This document shows, one piece after another, positions 1 through 8,192 of a stretch of DNA of 64,000 nucleotides (positions are counted from its first letter, which is position 1; the number at the start of each line of letters is the position of its first letter). The notes under the pieces were generated by a model. That model was not told the origin of the DNA. It saw only the letters and a list, made by a program, of their open reading frames with translations, and made no database searches. Source of the DNA: Myxococcales bacterium (lineage in GTDB: Bacteria > Myxococcota_A > Polyangia > Polyangiales > JADJMO01). Position numbers and translations under genes: made by a program. The DNA is taken from the NCBI GenBank assembly GCA_016709545.1, contig JADJMO010000001.1, positions 68,372-132,371 on the forward strand, in the 5' to 3' direction.

Positions 1-593
1 TCCGGCACGTGGGGGTCCTGGCGGCCCCATACCATCAGCAGCTCGCCGCGGATCTCGCCCGCGCGCGCCAGCGAGTCGTCGCCGCCCCGCCCGAGCGTGC
101 CCTTGTGCAGGTCGGTCGCGTAGAAGCACGCGGTTGCCGCGACGTCCGGCTGCAGCGCCGCGCGGAAGGCGAGGTGGCCGCCGATGCACACGCCCATCGC
201 CCCGAGCCGACCGGTGCAGTGCGGCGACGCCGCGAGGTGGTCGAGCGCGGCGCGCGCGTCGGCGTCGTAGGCCGCCACCGTCTTGCCCACCTTGTGCGCG
301 TTGCCTCGCTCCGCCCCGGCCGCGTCGTAGGCGAGCACCACGCCCGGCGTGGCCTCGAGGTCGTGGAAGATCTCCGGCACCGCCACGAGAAGCCCGTGCC
401 CCGCGAGGAGCTGCGCCATCCGGTGGATCGGCGGGGTGCGCTGGAAGATCTCGGAGAACAGCACGACGCCCGGGAAGCGCCCAGGGAAGGGACCGAGGCC
501 GCGCGCGCCGACCGCGACGGGTCGGTAGAGATACGTCCGCATGGGCCCGGTCGGCGTGGGGAGATCGACGGGCGGGTCCTCGACGAGCAGCAT
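1..593 (-). CDS. Dienelactone hydrolase family protein (carboxymethylenebutenolidase-like); the 3' end runs off the window edge
   Basis: Minus-strand translation from ATG 593 reads MLLVEDPP...MRTYLYRP...PGVVLFSEIFQ...HRMAQLLAGHGLLVAVPEIFHDL...GAMGVCIGGHLAF, which fits the DLH fold. An AAGGAG RBS sits at 600-605, 6 nt upstream. GC3 is high. An alternative start is the ATG at 542. It is absent from the ORF track because it is truncated at the edge. Confidence 0.65.
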   Translation of the reverse strand, partial: MLLVEDPPVDLPTPTGPMRTYLYRPVAVGARGLGPFPGRFPGVVLFSEIFQRTPPIHRMAQLLAGHGLLVAVPEIFHDLEATPGVVLAYDAAGAERGNAHKVGKTVAAYDADARAALDHLAASPHCTGRLGAMGVCIGGHLAFRAALQPDVAATACFYATDLHKGTLGRGGDDSLARAGEIRGELLMVWGRQDPHVP

Positions 594-596
594 CGG

Positions 597-1584
597 TCAC
601 TCCTTCGGCTTGCGGGCCCTGGGCGCGCGCTTCTTGGTCGCGGCGCGCGGACCGTCGGGTAGCACCTGTCGGAGCTCGACCGCCGGCGCGAACAGATCGC
701 CGTGCGCCTCGACGCGGGCGAGCACCTGGTCCGGCTCGAACACCAGCGCGCGCGTCGAGGCTCTCCGCGGTGCGCTCGATCTCGGCCCACGAGATCGGCG
801 TCGACACCGTGGGCCGCTCCCGCGCGCGCAGGCTGTAGACGCCGATGGTCGTCTTGTTGAAGTCGTTCTGGCTCCAGTCGACGAAGATCTTCCCGTCGCG
901 CACGCTCTTCTTCATCTCGGCGACGAACAGGTCGGGGTGCCGCTGCTCGAAGTCCTCGGCGATCGCGCGCGCGAAGCTCTTGGTGTCGTCGTAGGTGGTC
1001 GGCGTGTTGAGCGGCACGTAGAGCTGCATGCCCTTGTTGCCCGAGGTCTTGGCGACCGACTGCAGGCCCATCGTCTCGAAGAGGGCGCGGAACACGAGCG
1101 CCGCCTTGCAGCAGGTGACGAGGTCGGCGGGCGGTCCCGGATCGAGGTCGAACACCACCATGGTCGGCGTCTCGAGCGATCGCGCGCACGACAGCGACGG
1201 GTGCAGCTCGAGGGCCGCGAGGTTGGCCGCGAACACCAGCGTCGCCGTGTCGTCGCACAGCAGGTAGTGCAGGTCGGCGCCGCGCCCGTGGCCCCAGATC
1301 GGCACGGTGCGCACCCACTCGGGGCGCGACTTGGTCGCGTTCTTCTCGAAGAAGTACATCGCGCCGACGCCGTTCGGGTAGCGCTTGAGCGTGAGCGGAC
1401 GGTCGCGCAGGTGCGGCAGGAGCACGGGCGCGATGCGGCGGTAGTAGTCGACCACCTGTCCCTTGGTGAAGCCCGCCTCCGGGTAGAGCACCTTGGACTG
1501 GTTGGAGAGGGTGAGGGTGCGGCCCTCGATCTCCGCCTCGATCGTCTCCCGCTTGGGCTTCTTCGGCGCGTCGCCCTCGGCCAT
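597..1584 (-). CDS. LigD polymerase (primase-polymerase, PolDom) domain protein with an apparent frameshift near 745-760
   Basis: Manual minus-strand translation gives MAEGDAPKKPKRETIEAEIEGRTLTLSNQSKVLYPEAGFTKGQVVDYYRRIAPVLLPHLRDRPLTLKRYPNGVGAMYFFEKNA...FVDWSQNDFNKTTIGVYSLRARERPTVSTPISWAEIERTAE. The C-terminus LVFEPDQVLARVEAHGDLFAPA...KPKE* is in the +1 frame after a (GC)4 run. One extra GC unit would restore the frame. Confidence 0.7.
600..605 (-). promoter_or_regulatory. Shine-Dalgarno AAGGAG for the DLH gene, overlapping the ligD-pol stop region (translational coupling)
   Basis: Minus-strand reads aaggagTGAccgATG. Confidence 0.4.
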
Positions 1585-1617
1585 CCAGCGAAGGTAACGC
1601 GACTCCGTGTGCGGGGC

Positions 1618-2364
1618 CTACAGCGGCGTGATCGTCACCTTGTCGAAGCACACCGCCGCGTCCCACCCGTTGAACGCGAAGTGGTCGTGGCCGTTGCCCG
1701 AGGGGGGCTTGTCGTCGACCATCTCGTGCACCAGCGTGCCGTCGACCTTGAAGCTCACCGTGCGCCCGTCGGTGCGCGCGAGCTCGAAGTGGTAGGTCTG
1801 GTTCGGGACGAGCTTGCCGTTGGCGATCGAGCCGGTGCCCGCGAGCAGCGGGGTCTGCTTGGCCTCGGGGCCGTGCTCGTCCATGCGCGCGAGCCAGTGC
1901 TCCGCGTTCTTGTGGGCGCCGAGCACCGCGACGTAGGCCGTGGCCATGTAGTTCTTGCCGTCGACGTCGAACGCGCAGCCGTCGCCGAACAGCTCCACCT
2001 TCACGTCGCCGTCGGGCGAGAGCGGCGTGGCGTCGAACTCGACGCGCGCGTTGGCCGGCAGCCGCTTCTTGAGCCACAGCGGATGGTTGCGCGGCTTCTG
2101 GGTGCACACCCGGCCGCCGCGGATCGCGTACGCGCCGTACGACGTGGAGAGCCAGTCGGCGCCGAGCTCCGTGCGGTCGAAGTTGTCGGTGAAGGCCTCC
2201 GTGAGCAACGGGTCGGTGCCCGCGTTGCAGGGGGGGGCAGGTTGCCCGGCCTTCTTGGGCGCGACCGGCTTGGGCGCCCCGGGGAGCACCTCGTCCGGCT
2301 CGGCCTTGCAGGCGGCGAGGACACACAACACAGGAATCAGCCGAGAAAGCCGCGGGTTTCGCAT
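1618..2364 (-). CDS. Hypothetical lipoprotein
   Basis: ORF 248 aa. It has a signal peptide with lipobox LAAC (MRNPRLSRLIPVLCVLAACKA). GC3 is high and it is divergent from lgt. Confidence 0.6.
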   Translation of the reverse strand: MRNPRLSRLIPVLCVLAACKAEPDEVLPGAPKPVAPKKAGQPAPPCNAGTDPLLTEAFTDNFDRTELGADWLSTSYGAYAIRGGRVCTQKPRNHPLWLKKRLPANARVEFDATPLSPDGDVKVELFGDGCAFDVDGKNYMATAYVAVLGAHKNAEHWLARMDEHGPEAKQTPLLAGTGSIANGKLVPNQTYHFELARTDGRTVSFKVDGTLVHEMVDDKPPSGNGHDHFAFNGWDAAVCFDKVTITPL

Positions 2365-2424
2365 GCGCGCGGATGGACACTAGCAGGCAGACGCCGAGCC
2401 AACTACGGTCCCGCGCCCGAGGCC

Positions 2425-4053
2425 ATGCACCCCATCCTCTTCAAGATCCCCCTTCCTCACTGGAAGGTCCCGTATCCTGCGTTCGCCGACTCGCGGGCCG
2501 TGATCTACATGATCGTGGGTCTCGTGCTGGGACTCCTGGCGCCCTCCATGATCGAGGCGGTCAAGAAGTACCACTGGGCGATCACCGGCGCGGCCGGCCT
2601 GCTCGTGGGCTTCCTCGCCACCAAGGTGATGAAGATCCCCTTCCAGTACAAGATGGAGCGCTACGAGCTCTCCACGTTCCCGATCTACGCCTACGGCGTG
2701 ATGCTCGGGCTGTCGCTGGTCGTGGGCTGGTACATCTCGCTCACCATCGCCAAGGACGACGGCCTGCCGCGCGAGACGATGGCCAACAACTACGTGTTCA
2801 CCGCGATCATGGCGATCCTCGGTGCACGCGTGCTGTTCATCGTCACCAACCTCGACTCGTTCGAGTCGTGGAAGGACTGGTTCGCCATCCGCTCGGGCGG
2901 CCTCGTCGCCTACGGCGGGTTCCTCGGCGGGTTCCTCGGCAGCTGGTACTACTGCGCGAGCAAGAAGGTCCGCCTGATGGCCTGGGCCGACGCGGCAGTG
3001 CCCTCGCTGGCGAGCGGCCTCCTGTTCACGCGGCTCGGCTGCTACATGTACGGCTGCGACTTCGGCAAGCCCCTCAAGGAGGGCGCGCCCAAGCTGCTCG
3101 AGAAGCTCGGCACGTTCCCCGAGTGGTACTACGACCAGCGCGCGGGCAAGTACCTCGACGAGCAGTCGCTCCACCAGCTCCTCTCGGATCCGGCCAACAA
3201 GCCGCAGATCCTCATGAAGGCCCGCGAGAAGGAAGGCGAGCCGTTCTTCCGCGGCGAGATCTTCCTGCTCTTCACGTTCGGGTACGGCGTCCTGCGCTTC
3301 ATGCTCGAGATGGTCCGTGACGACGCCGAGCGCGGCACCTACGGCCCGCACTTCGAGCCGCACATCATCTACCCGGTGTGCCTCATGGTGCTCGCCCTCT
3401 CCTTCGTGTTCGGCCTCTCGAACATGGTCTCCGAGCGCTTCCGCGTCATCGCCAAGTCGATCGCCATCCTGATCCCGCTCGCGGTGTTCATGGTGCTGCG
3501 CCCGGCCAACAAGTTCACCGCCGTCGACATGGTGCAGCTCTCCACCTCGCAGTGGATCGCGCTCCTCACGGGCGCCATGGCCGCCGTCTACTACCGTCGT
3601 GGTCTCGACATCGCGGTCGCCGACCCGGCGGTCGCGGCCGACCTCGGCGCGGGCGTCCCCGAGCTCGTCGAGATGGAAGCAGCGATGGCCCGCGGCGAGG
3701 AGTGGAAGAAGGACGAGGGCGACGACGAGGACGAGGAGTCCGACGAGCCCGCGGCCGACGAGAAGGCTGCTGGCGAGAAGGCCGCCGACAAGAAGGCCGC
3801 CGACAAGAAGGCCGCCGACAAGAAGCCGGCGGCGAAGCCGACCACGAAGGCCGACGACGACGAGGAGGAGGCCGAGAAGCCCGCCGCCAAGAAGTCCGAG
3901 CCGGAGAAGAAGGCCGAGCCCAAGAAGGACGAGTCCAAGAAGGACGAGCCCAAGAAGGACGAGTCCAAGAAGGACGAGCCCAAGAAGGACGAGCCCAAGA
4001 AGGACGAGCCCAAGAAGGACGAGAAGAAGGCCGACGAGGGCGAGGACGAATGA
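2425..4053 (+). CDS. lgt: Prolipoprotein diacylglyceryl transferase Lgt with an N-terminal 2-TM extension and an approximately 150 aa low-complexity acidic/Lys-rich C-terminal tail
   Basis: The Lgt core is recognisable (YAYGVMLGLSLVVGW..., GGLVAYGGFLGGFLG, CYMYGCDFGKP). The tail is made of AADKK and KKDEPK repeats. It is in frame with track ORF 541..4053, starting at the internal ATG 2425. Confidence 0.8.
   Translation: MHPILFKIPLPHWKVPYPAFADSRAVIYMIVGLVLGLLAPSMIEAVKKYHWAITGAAGLLVGFLATKVMKIPFQYKMERYELSTFPIYAYGVMLGLSLVVGWYISLTIAKDDGLPRETMANNYVFTAIMAILGARVLFIVTNLDSFESWKDWFAIRSGGLVAYGGFLGGFLGSWYYCASKKVRLMAWADAAVPSLASGLLFTRLGCYMYGCDFGKPLKEGAPKLLEKLGTFPEWYYDQRAGKYLDEQSLHQLLSDPANKPQILMKAREKEGEPFFRGEIFLLFTFGYGVLRFMLEMVRDDAERGTYGPHFEPHIIYPVCLMVLALSFVFGLSNMVSERFRVIAKSIAILIPLAVFMVLRPANKFTAVDMVQLSTSQWIALLTGAMAAVYYRRGLDIAVADPAVAADLGAGVPELVEMEAAMARGEEWKKDEGDDEDEESDEPAADEKAAGEKAADKKAADKKAADKKPAAKPTTKADDDEEEAEKPAAKKSEPEKKAEPKKDESKKDEPKKDESKKDEPKKDEPKKDEPKKDEKKADEGEDE
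3781..4030 (+). repeat. In-frame tandem 15 and 18 nt coding repeats (AADKK and KKDEPK units) in the lgt 3' region
   Basis: aaggccgccgacaag is repeated about 3 times and aagaaggacgag(c/t)ccaag about 7 times. Confidence 0.6.
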
Positions 4054-4175
4054 ACCTGCTCGGCCTGACGCGAGGGGAGTGGATCTTCGTAGGGATCATC
4101 ACTTTCCTCGTGTTCGGCTGGGCCTGGGTTCCCCGCCTCGGCACCCGTCTCGGGGCCTTCTTCGACAAGCCCTGA
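4050..4175 (+). CDS. Small (41 aa) single-TM membrane protein, distantly TatA/E-like
   Basis: MNLLGLTRGEWIFVGIITFLVFGWAWVPRLGTRLGAFFDKP. Its ATG overlaps the lgt stop as ATGA. Small size makes this uncertain. Confidence 0.35.
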   Translation: MNLLGLTRGEWIFVGIITFLVFGWAWVPRLGTRLGAFFDKP

Positions 4176-4223
4176 ACAGCGCCGCTCGATCGCATCGCCC
4201 TCGTTCCCCTCGGAACGGGGGCT

Positions 4224-5347
4224 TTGTCTTTGGGCACGGTCGAGAAATCCCGCCACCGCCGCCCGTGGACGCGCGACGCTGTCGGCATGTCGTACCTCGA
4301 TCCGCTGCTGCCGCTGGCCGACGTGCTCGACCCCGTCCTCGACCCGCTGACGGTCCGAGCGGTCCGACCGATCCTCCGCATCGTCGCGGGCCCTCCGCTG
4401 CGCGCCCAGCGCGCCGCCCTCCGCGAGCGTGCGCTGCCCGACGCGATCGCGCGCTGGTCGCCCCGGATCGACGCCCTCGCGGGTGGCTCGGTGAGCGAGT
4501 ACGACGCGACCGTCGGCGCCGCGGTCGCCGACCTGCGCGGGGACGCCGAGGCCCAGGTCGTCGAGGGAGCGATCGAGCGCGCCGCCCACGCCTTCGACCG
4601 CGCCTGGTACGCGAACGACCCCGAGTGGATCGACGACCCACGCCTCCCGCGCGACGTGCGCGTGCGCGCGCTCGACCGGCTCGATCGACTGAACGAGACC
4701 ATCGGCGCGTACGAGGCGTTCTTCGCGGCCATCGAGCCGCTGGTCGAGCACGCGCGACGGTCGGGGGTCGAGTGCCCGACCCTCGTGGATCTGTGCAGCG
4801 GCCACGCCATGTTCGCCGTGGCGATGGCCCTGCGATTCGGGGCGCGCGAGGGCCGCTGCCGGGTGATCGCCACCGACCTCGTGCCCGAGTACCTGGGGAT
4901 CGGCGAGGCCCACGCGCGCCGGCTGTTCCTCCCCGAGAGCGCGCTCGCGTTCGTGCCCCACGACGCGCTCGATCTCGCCTCGCTGCCCGCGAAGATCGGC
5001 GGCCCGATCGACGTCGTCACCTGCACGCAGTCGATTCACCATTTCCCGCCGGGCTTCGTCGCGCGGATGCTGGGCGCGGGGCCTCGGCGGCGCGCAGCGG
5101 GGCCGTGCTCGTCGACGGCGAGCGCAACGCCGTCGCGGGGGTCACCATCACGCTGCTCTCCGCGTTCATCGGGCGCCTGGGCATGCCCATCGTCCACGAC
5201 TCGTTCGTGTCGCTCCGCCGCATGTTCACCGAGCAAGAACTGGCGCTGATCGCCGCGCTCGCGCGCGACGACGACGGACGCCCCCTCGAGGTGGAGCGCG
5301 GTTGGCTCTCCCCCGGCCACGTGTTCGTCCGCGCCACGACCGCCTGA
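4224..5347 (+). CDS. Class I SAM-dependent methyltransferase-like protein with an apparent -1 frameshift in a G-run near 5080
   Basis: Track ORF 4224..5249 carries VDLCSGHAMFAVAMALRF...RVIATDL...IDVVTCTQSIHHFPPGFVARML. The C-terminus GAVLVDGERNAV...GWLSPGHVFVRATTA* continues in the frame of ORF 3599..5347. The start is uncertain; MSYLD at about 4287 is also possible. Confidence 0.5.
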
Positions 5348-5352
5348 GACAA

Positions 5353-5402
5353 GTGAGCGCAGTGAACAGCGGCCGCCTCCATGGGGCCGCTACAGCCAAC
5401 AA
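5353..5402. repeat. REP-like palindromic element, copy 1 (imperfect), directly after the methyltransferase stop
   Basis: gtgagcgcagtgaacagcggccgcctccatggggccgctacagccaacaa. It is nearly identical to 6867-6917. Confidence 0.6.
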
Positions 5403-5471
5403 AAGCGAGAGGGCCACCATCGCTGGCGGCCCCTCGTCACGTCACTCGTCAGATCTGAGGACGGCCGGAAA

Positions 5472-6149
5472 TCACGGGCAGACGGTGAAGTAGCCCGTGC
5501 TCGGCTGGACCTCGCCCGCACCCACGTAGATGGCCTTGCCGGCCGAGGTGCTGAGGTTGAAGGTCACGCACTGGTTGTCGCTCGTGGTGAAGTCGAAGCC
5601 GTCGAGGTGGCCCTGGGTGTCGAACGCGAACCACAGCGCCTTGCCGTTGGTCTTGAGGCGATCGTTCATCTCGAGGCGGGTGCCCTTGACCATGGCGATG
5701 TTGCCACCCACCGACTTCACGGTGCCGTGGAAGCGGTGGAGGTACTTCTTGGTGGTGGTGCGCACGTGCCACCAGCCGTTGCTGTCACGCCAGATCCAGT
5801 ACGCGGCGGGCGCGCTCGGGTGGAGGTGGGGCGGCTGACCCGAGGCCACGGAGTTGTTGGTGGGCTGCGGCGGCGTGGGCGGCGGGGCGTACTCGGTGAC
5901 CACCGGCTGGTTGACCGGGAACTGATCCACGCCGGCCGAGACCGGGGCTCCGACCACGGGGCCAGGGCCGGGCGCAGGCGCAGGCGCGGGCGCCACGGCC
6001 GGTCCGGGCGCGGGGGCAACAGGCGGAGGCGCCGCGGCCGGCGCCGGGGCGGGCCGGGGGCTGTTCGTGTGATCGACGACCCGCACGGTGCAAGCGGTCA
6101 GGGCCAGGAGCGGAAGGACGGCAAGAAGGTTGCGCATGGTTCCTCGCAA
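5472..6149 (-). CDS. Lipoprotein with a Pro/Ala-rich linker and a C-terminal beta-rich domain
   Basis: ORF 225 aa with lipobox LALTAC. It has a PAPAPA linker and ends FTVCP. Confidence 0.6.
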   Translation of the reverse strand: MRGTMRNLLAVLPLLALTACTVRVVDHTNSPRPAPAPAAAPPPVAPAPGPAVAPAPAPAPGPGPVVGAPVSAGVDQFPVNQPVVTEYAPPPTPPQPTNNSVASGQPPHLHPSAPAAYWIWRDSNGWWHVRTTTKKYLHRFHGTVKSVGGNIAMVKGTRLEMNDRLKTNGKALWFAFDTQGHLDGFDFTTSDNQCVTFNLSTSAGKAIYVGAGEVQPSTGYFTVCP

Positions 6150-6365
6150 GGTGAGCCGGACGTGAGCCTACCTTCGACCGGGGGAGGGTGGGGCCTATTC
6201 ACCCATTCCCAGGAATGACTCTTCACCACGGGAATATTGTCCGGCTCCGGCGTTGACCCCCCCCTCGTCGGGCGCTAACCGCTCCACCCCCCGCGGAGGG
6301 AATCTCCCCTCGGCGGCCGTGACCCACACGCGGGTCGACCCGCGTACACCCGGAAGAGCAAGCCC

Positions 6366-6848
6366 ATGGCCAAGACCCCCTCCCAGATCGTCAAAGAGAA
6401 GTTCGGCGACAAGAAGAAGCTCGTCGAGGCCGTGCAGAAGTTCGTCGGCGACGCCCTCTGGGTCCCCCGCCTCAACGAGAGCAAGGGCCTGGCCCACGTC
6501 TCGAACGCCAAGCTCCTCCGCCTTCTCGACACCTTCACCACGGTCGAGACCAAGTGGGGCACGCGCGCCAAGCTGATCGACGCCGTCATCGAGGCCGCCG
6601 GCAAGACCAAGGACACCGGCTTCCGCACGAGCATCGAGGGCTGGCCGGTCCCGCGCCTCCTCGACGCGCACCAGTCCTACGCGCGCCGCAACGGCAAGGC
6701 GAAGACCGAGGCCAAGCCGGCCGAGAAGAAGGCCGCCAAGGCCGAGGCCGCCCCCGCCAAGGCCGCCGCCAAGAAGGCGCCCGCCAAGGCCGAAGAGAAG
6801 CCGGCCGCCAAGAAGCCGGCCGCCAAGAAGCCCGCCGCCAAGAAGTGA
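6366..6848 (+). CDS. Hypothetical protein with a histone H1-like Ala/Lys/Pro-rich C-terminal tail (possible DNA-binding protein)
   Basis: ORF 160 aa. A globular N-domain is followed by an (A/K/P/E)-rich tail ...PAAKKPAAKKPAAKK. GC3 is high. Confidence 0.6.
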   Translation: MAKTPSQIVKEKFGDKKKLVEAVQKFVGDALWVPRLNESKGLAHVSNAKLLRLLDTFTTVETKWGTRAKLIDAVIEAAGKTKDTGFRTSIEGWPVPRLLDAHQSYARRNGKAKTEAKPAEKKAAKAEAAPAKAAAKKAPAKAEEKPAAKKPAAKKPAAKK

Positions 6849-6866
6849 GCGGAGCGAGCCGCAGGC

Positions 6867-6917
6867 GCGCGCAGTGAACAGCGGCCGCCTCCATGGGCGG
6901 CCGCAACAGCCAACAAG
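6867..6917. repeat. REP-like palindromic element, copy 2 (perfect 9-bp arms gcggccgcc/ggcggccgc), after the stop of the 6366-6848 gene
   Basis: gcgcagtgaacagcggccgcctccatgggcggccgcaacagccaacaag. It contains NotI and NcoI sites. Confidence 0.6.
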
Positions 6918-6940
6918 TTTCTAGAGCGAGACGTGCTGGA

Positions 6941-6972
6941 GCGGCCCAACTCGGGCCGCTTCGGCGTTTTTG
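6941..6972 (+). terminator. Putative intrinsic terminator
   Basis: GC stem gcggccc/gggccgc with loop aactc, followed by ttcggcgttttt. Confidence 0.4.
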
Positions 6973-7027
6973 TGCCCGGCGGGCCGAGAAGTTTGCCGGA
7001 GCCCCCCCCGACCGTTAGACCACCACC

Positions 7028-7486
7028 ATGGCCGTCGGTCCTGCTCGTGCCCTCGCGCTCGGCACGGCGCTCGCGTTCGTCGCGTGCGCCGGTGCCAAGG
7101 AGCCCGCGGCCCCCTCGCGGCTCGCGCTCAAGGAGTCCTCGGCGCCGCCGATCGAGGCGCAGCCCAAGGACTCCGTCTCGCGCGAAGCCGTCGACATGGC
7201 CGTCGCCGGCGGCCTCGGGAAATTCCTCACCCACGTCGAGGTCGACCCCGAGCTCGACGACAAGGGCAAGTTCGTCGGCTGGCGCGTCGTCGCGCTGCAC
7301 GGCGACATGTGGAAGGGCGTCGACGTGCAGGTCGGCGACGTGATCACCCGCGTGAACGGCTTCCCCATCGAGCGCGACTACCAGGCCGACAAGGCCTTCC
7401 GCTCGCTCGGCGTGGCGAGCGAGATCCGCGTCTCGATGATCCGCAACGGCGAGAAGCGCGAGCTGCGCTTCTCCATCGTCGGATAG
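7028..7486 (+). CDS. PDZ domain-containing lipoprotein
   Basis: ORF 152 aa with lipobox LAFVAC. It has a PDZ-like segment VDVQVGDVITRVNGFPIE. Confidence 0.6.
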   Translation: MAVGPARALALGTALAFVACAGAKEPAAPSRLALKESSAPPIEAQPKDSVSREAVDMAVAGGLGKFLTHVEVDPELDDKGKFVGWRVVALHGDMWKGVDVQVGDVITRVNGFPIERDYQADKAFRSLGVASEIRVSMIRNGEKRELRFSIVG

Positions 7487-7522
7487 CGCGCAACTCCGCC
7501 CAGGCCGGCGCCGACCCCGGGC

Positions 7523-8089
7523 ATGCGTGCCCTCCTCGTCTCCAGTCTGCTCCTGTGCGCGGCCAAGGCGTCGGCGGCCACCTACGTCGACGAGCCCGCC
7601 CTCGGCCACTGGGTGGCGGTCACCGGGGTGCACGCGGGCAGCACCGTGCAGACCCAGGAGCTCCGGGGCCTCGGCGGCGCCGGCGTGCGTGTCGGCACCG
7701 GCTACCAGTGGGACAGCGGGCTCGGGGTCTACGCCGAGAGCGGGTTCGCGGCGCGCGCCGGCGAGGGCCCCACGAGCGCGTTCACGGCGCAGAAGGCCAG
7801 CATCCAGGAGTGGTCGTTCGGCCTGTCGCTACGCTGGGTGGTCCTGACGACCGACGTCGCCCCCTTCGTCGAGGGGTCCGTGCACGGGGTCTGGGTGCGC
7901 GTCCGCAGCCCAATCGCTACCGACCTCGGCGGCACCTTGTTCACCGGCAAGCTCGGGGTGCGGGTGCGCCTCGACGGTTGGGAGCCCTACCTGGCCCTCC
8001 AGGGTGAGCGGCTGATCAGCGGATCTGCCGAAGAAACCTTGTGCTCGACCCGACTCGGTCTGGCCATCGGGGTCACCTTCGACCTGTGA
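7523..8089 (+). CDS. Small outer-membrane beta-barrel protein (OmpA/OmpW-like 8-strand barrel) with a signal peptide
   Basis: ORF 188 aa. It has an N-terminal signal peptide ending ASA and alternating amphipathic beta segments. It lies immediately upstream of tamB. Confidence 0.5.
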   Translation: MRALLVSSLLLCAAKASAATYVDEPALGHWVAVTGVHAGSTVQTQELRGLGGAGVRVGTGYQWDSGLGVYAESGFAARAGEGPTSAFTAQKASIQEWSFGLSLRWVVLTTDVAPFVEGSVHGVWVRVRSPIATDLGGTLFTGKLGVRVRLDGWEPYLALQGERLISGSAEETLCSTRLGLAIGVTFDL

Positions 8090-8192
8090 CCGGGTGAACG
8101 GATCCCTGTCCGGATCCGTCTACACGTCCATGGCCCATCGTCGAGGAGGCAGCTTCTTTCCCCATGGGCTAGGAATTGCCTAGGACCTTTGC

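Noticed and set aside
35-2380. 781 aa Arg/Ala-rich minus-strand ORF spanning ligD-pol and the lipoprotein
   Set aside because: It is in the wrong frame of a high-GC region. It gives Arg-rich nonsense, whereas the other frames give clear LigD-PolDom, DLH and lipoprotein products.
3781-4030. Tandem repeats considered as a CRISPR-like or minisatellite array
   Set aside because: The units are only 15-18 nt with no unique spacers, and they are in-frame coding repeats (the same applies to 45415-45600).
5403-5471. Possible tRNA or ncRNA in intergenic regions (5403-5471, 6150-6365, 60315-60600)
   Set aside because: No cloverleaf-compatible arms or conserved T-loop (GTTCGA/GTTCRANYC) motifs were found.
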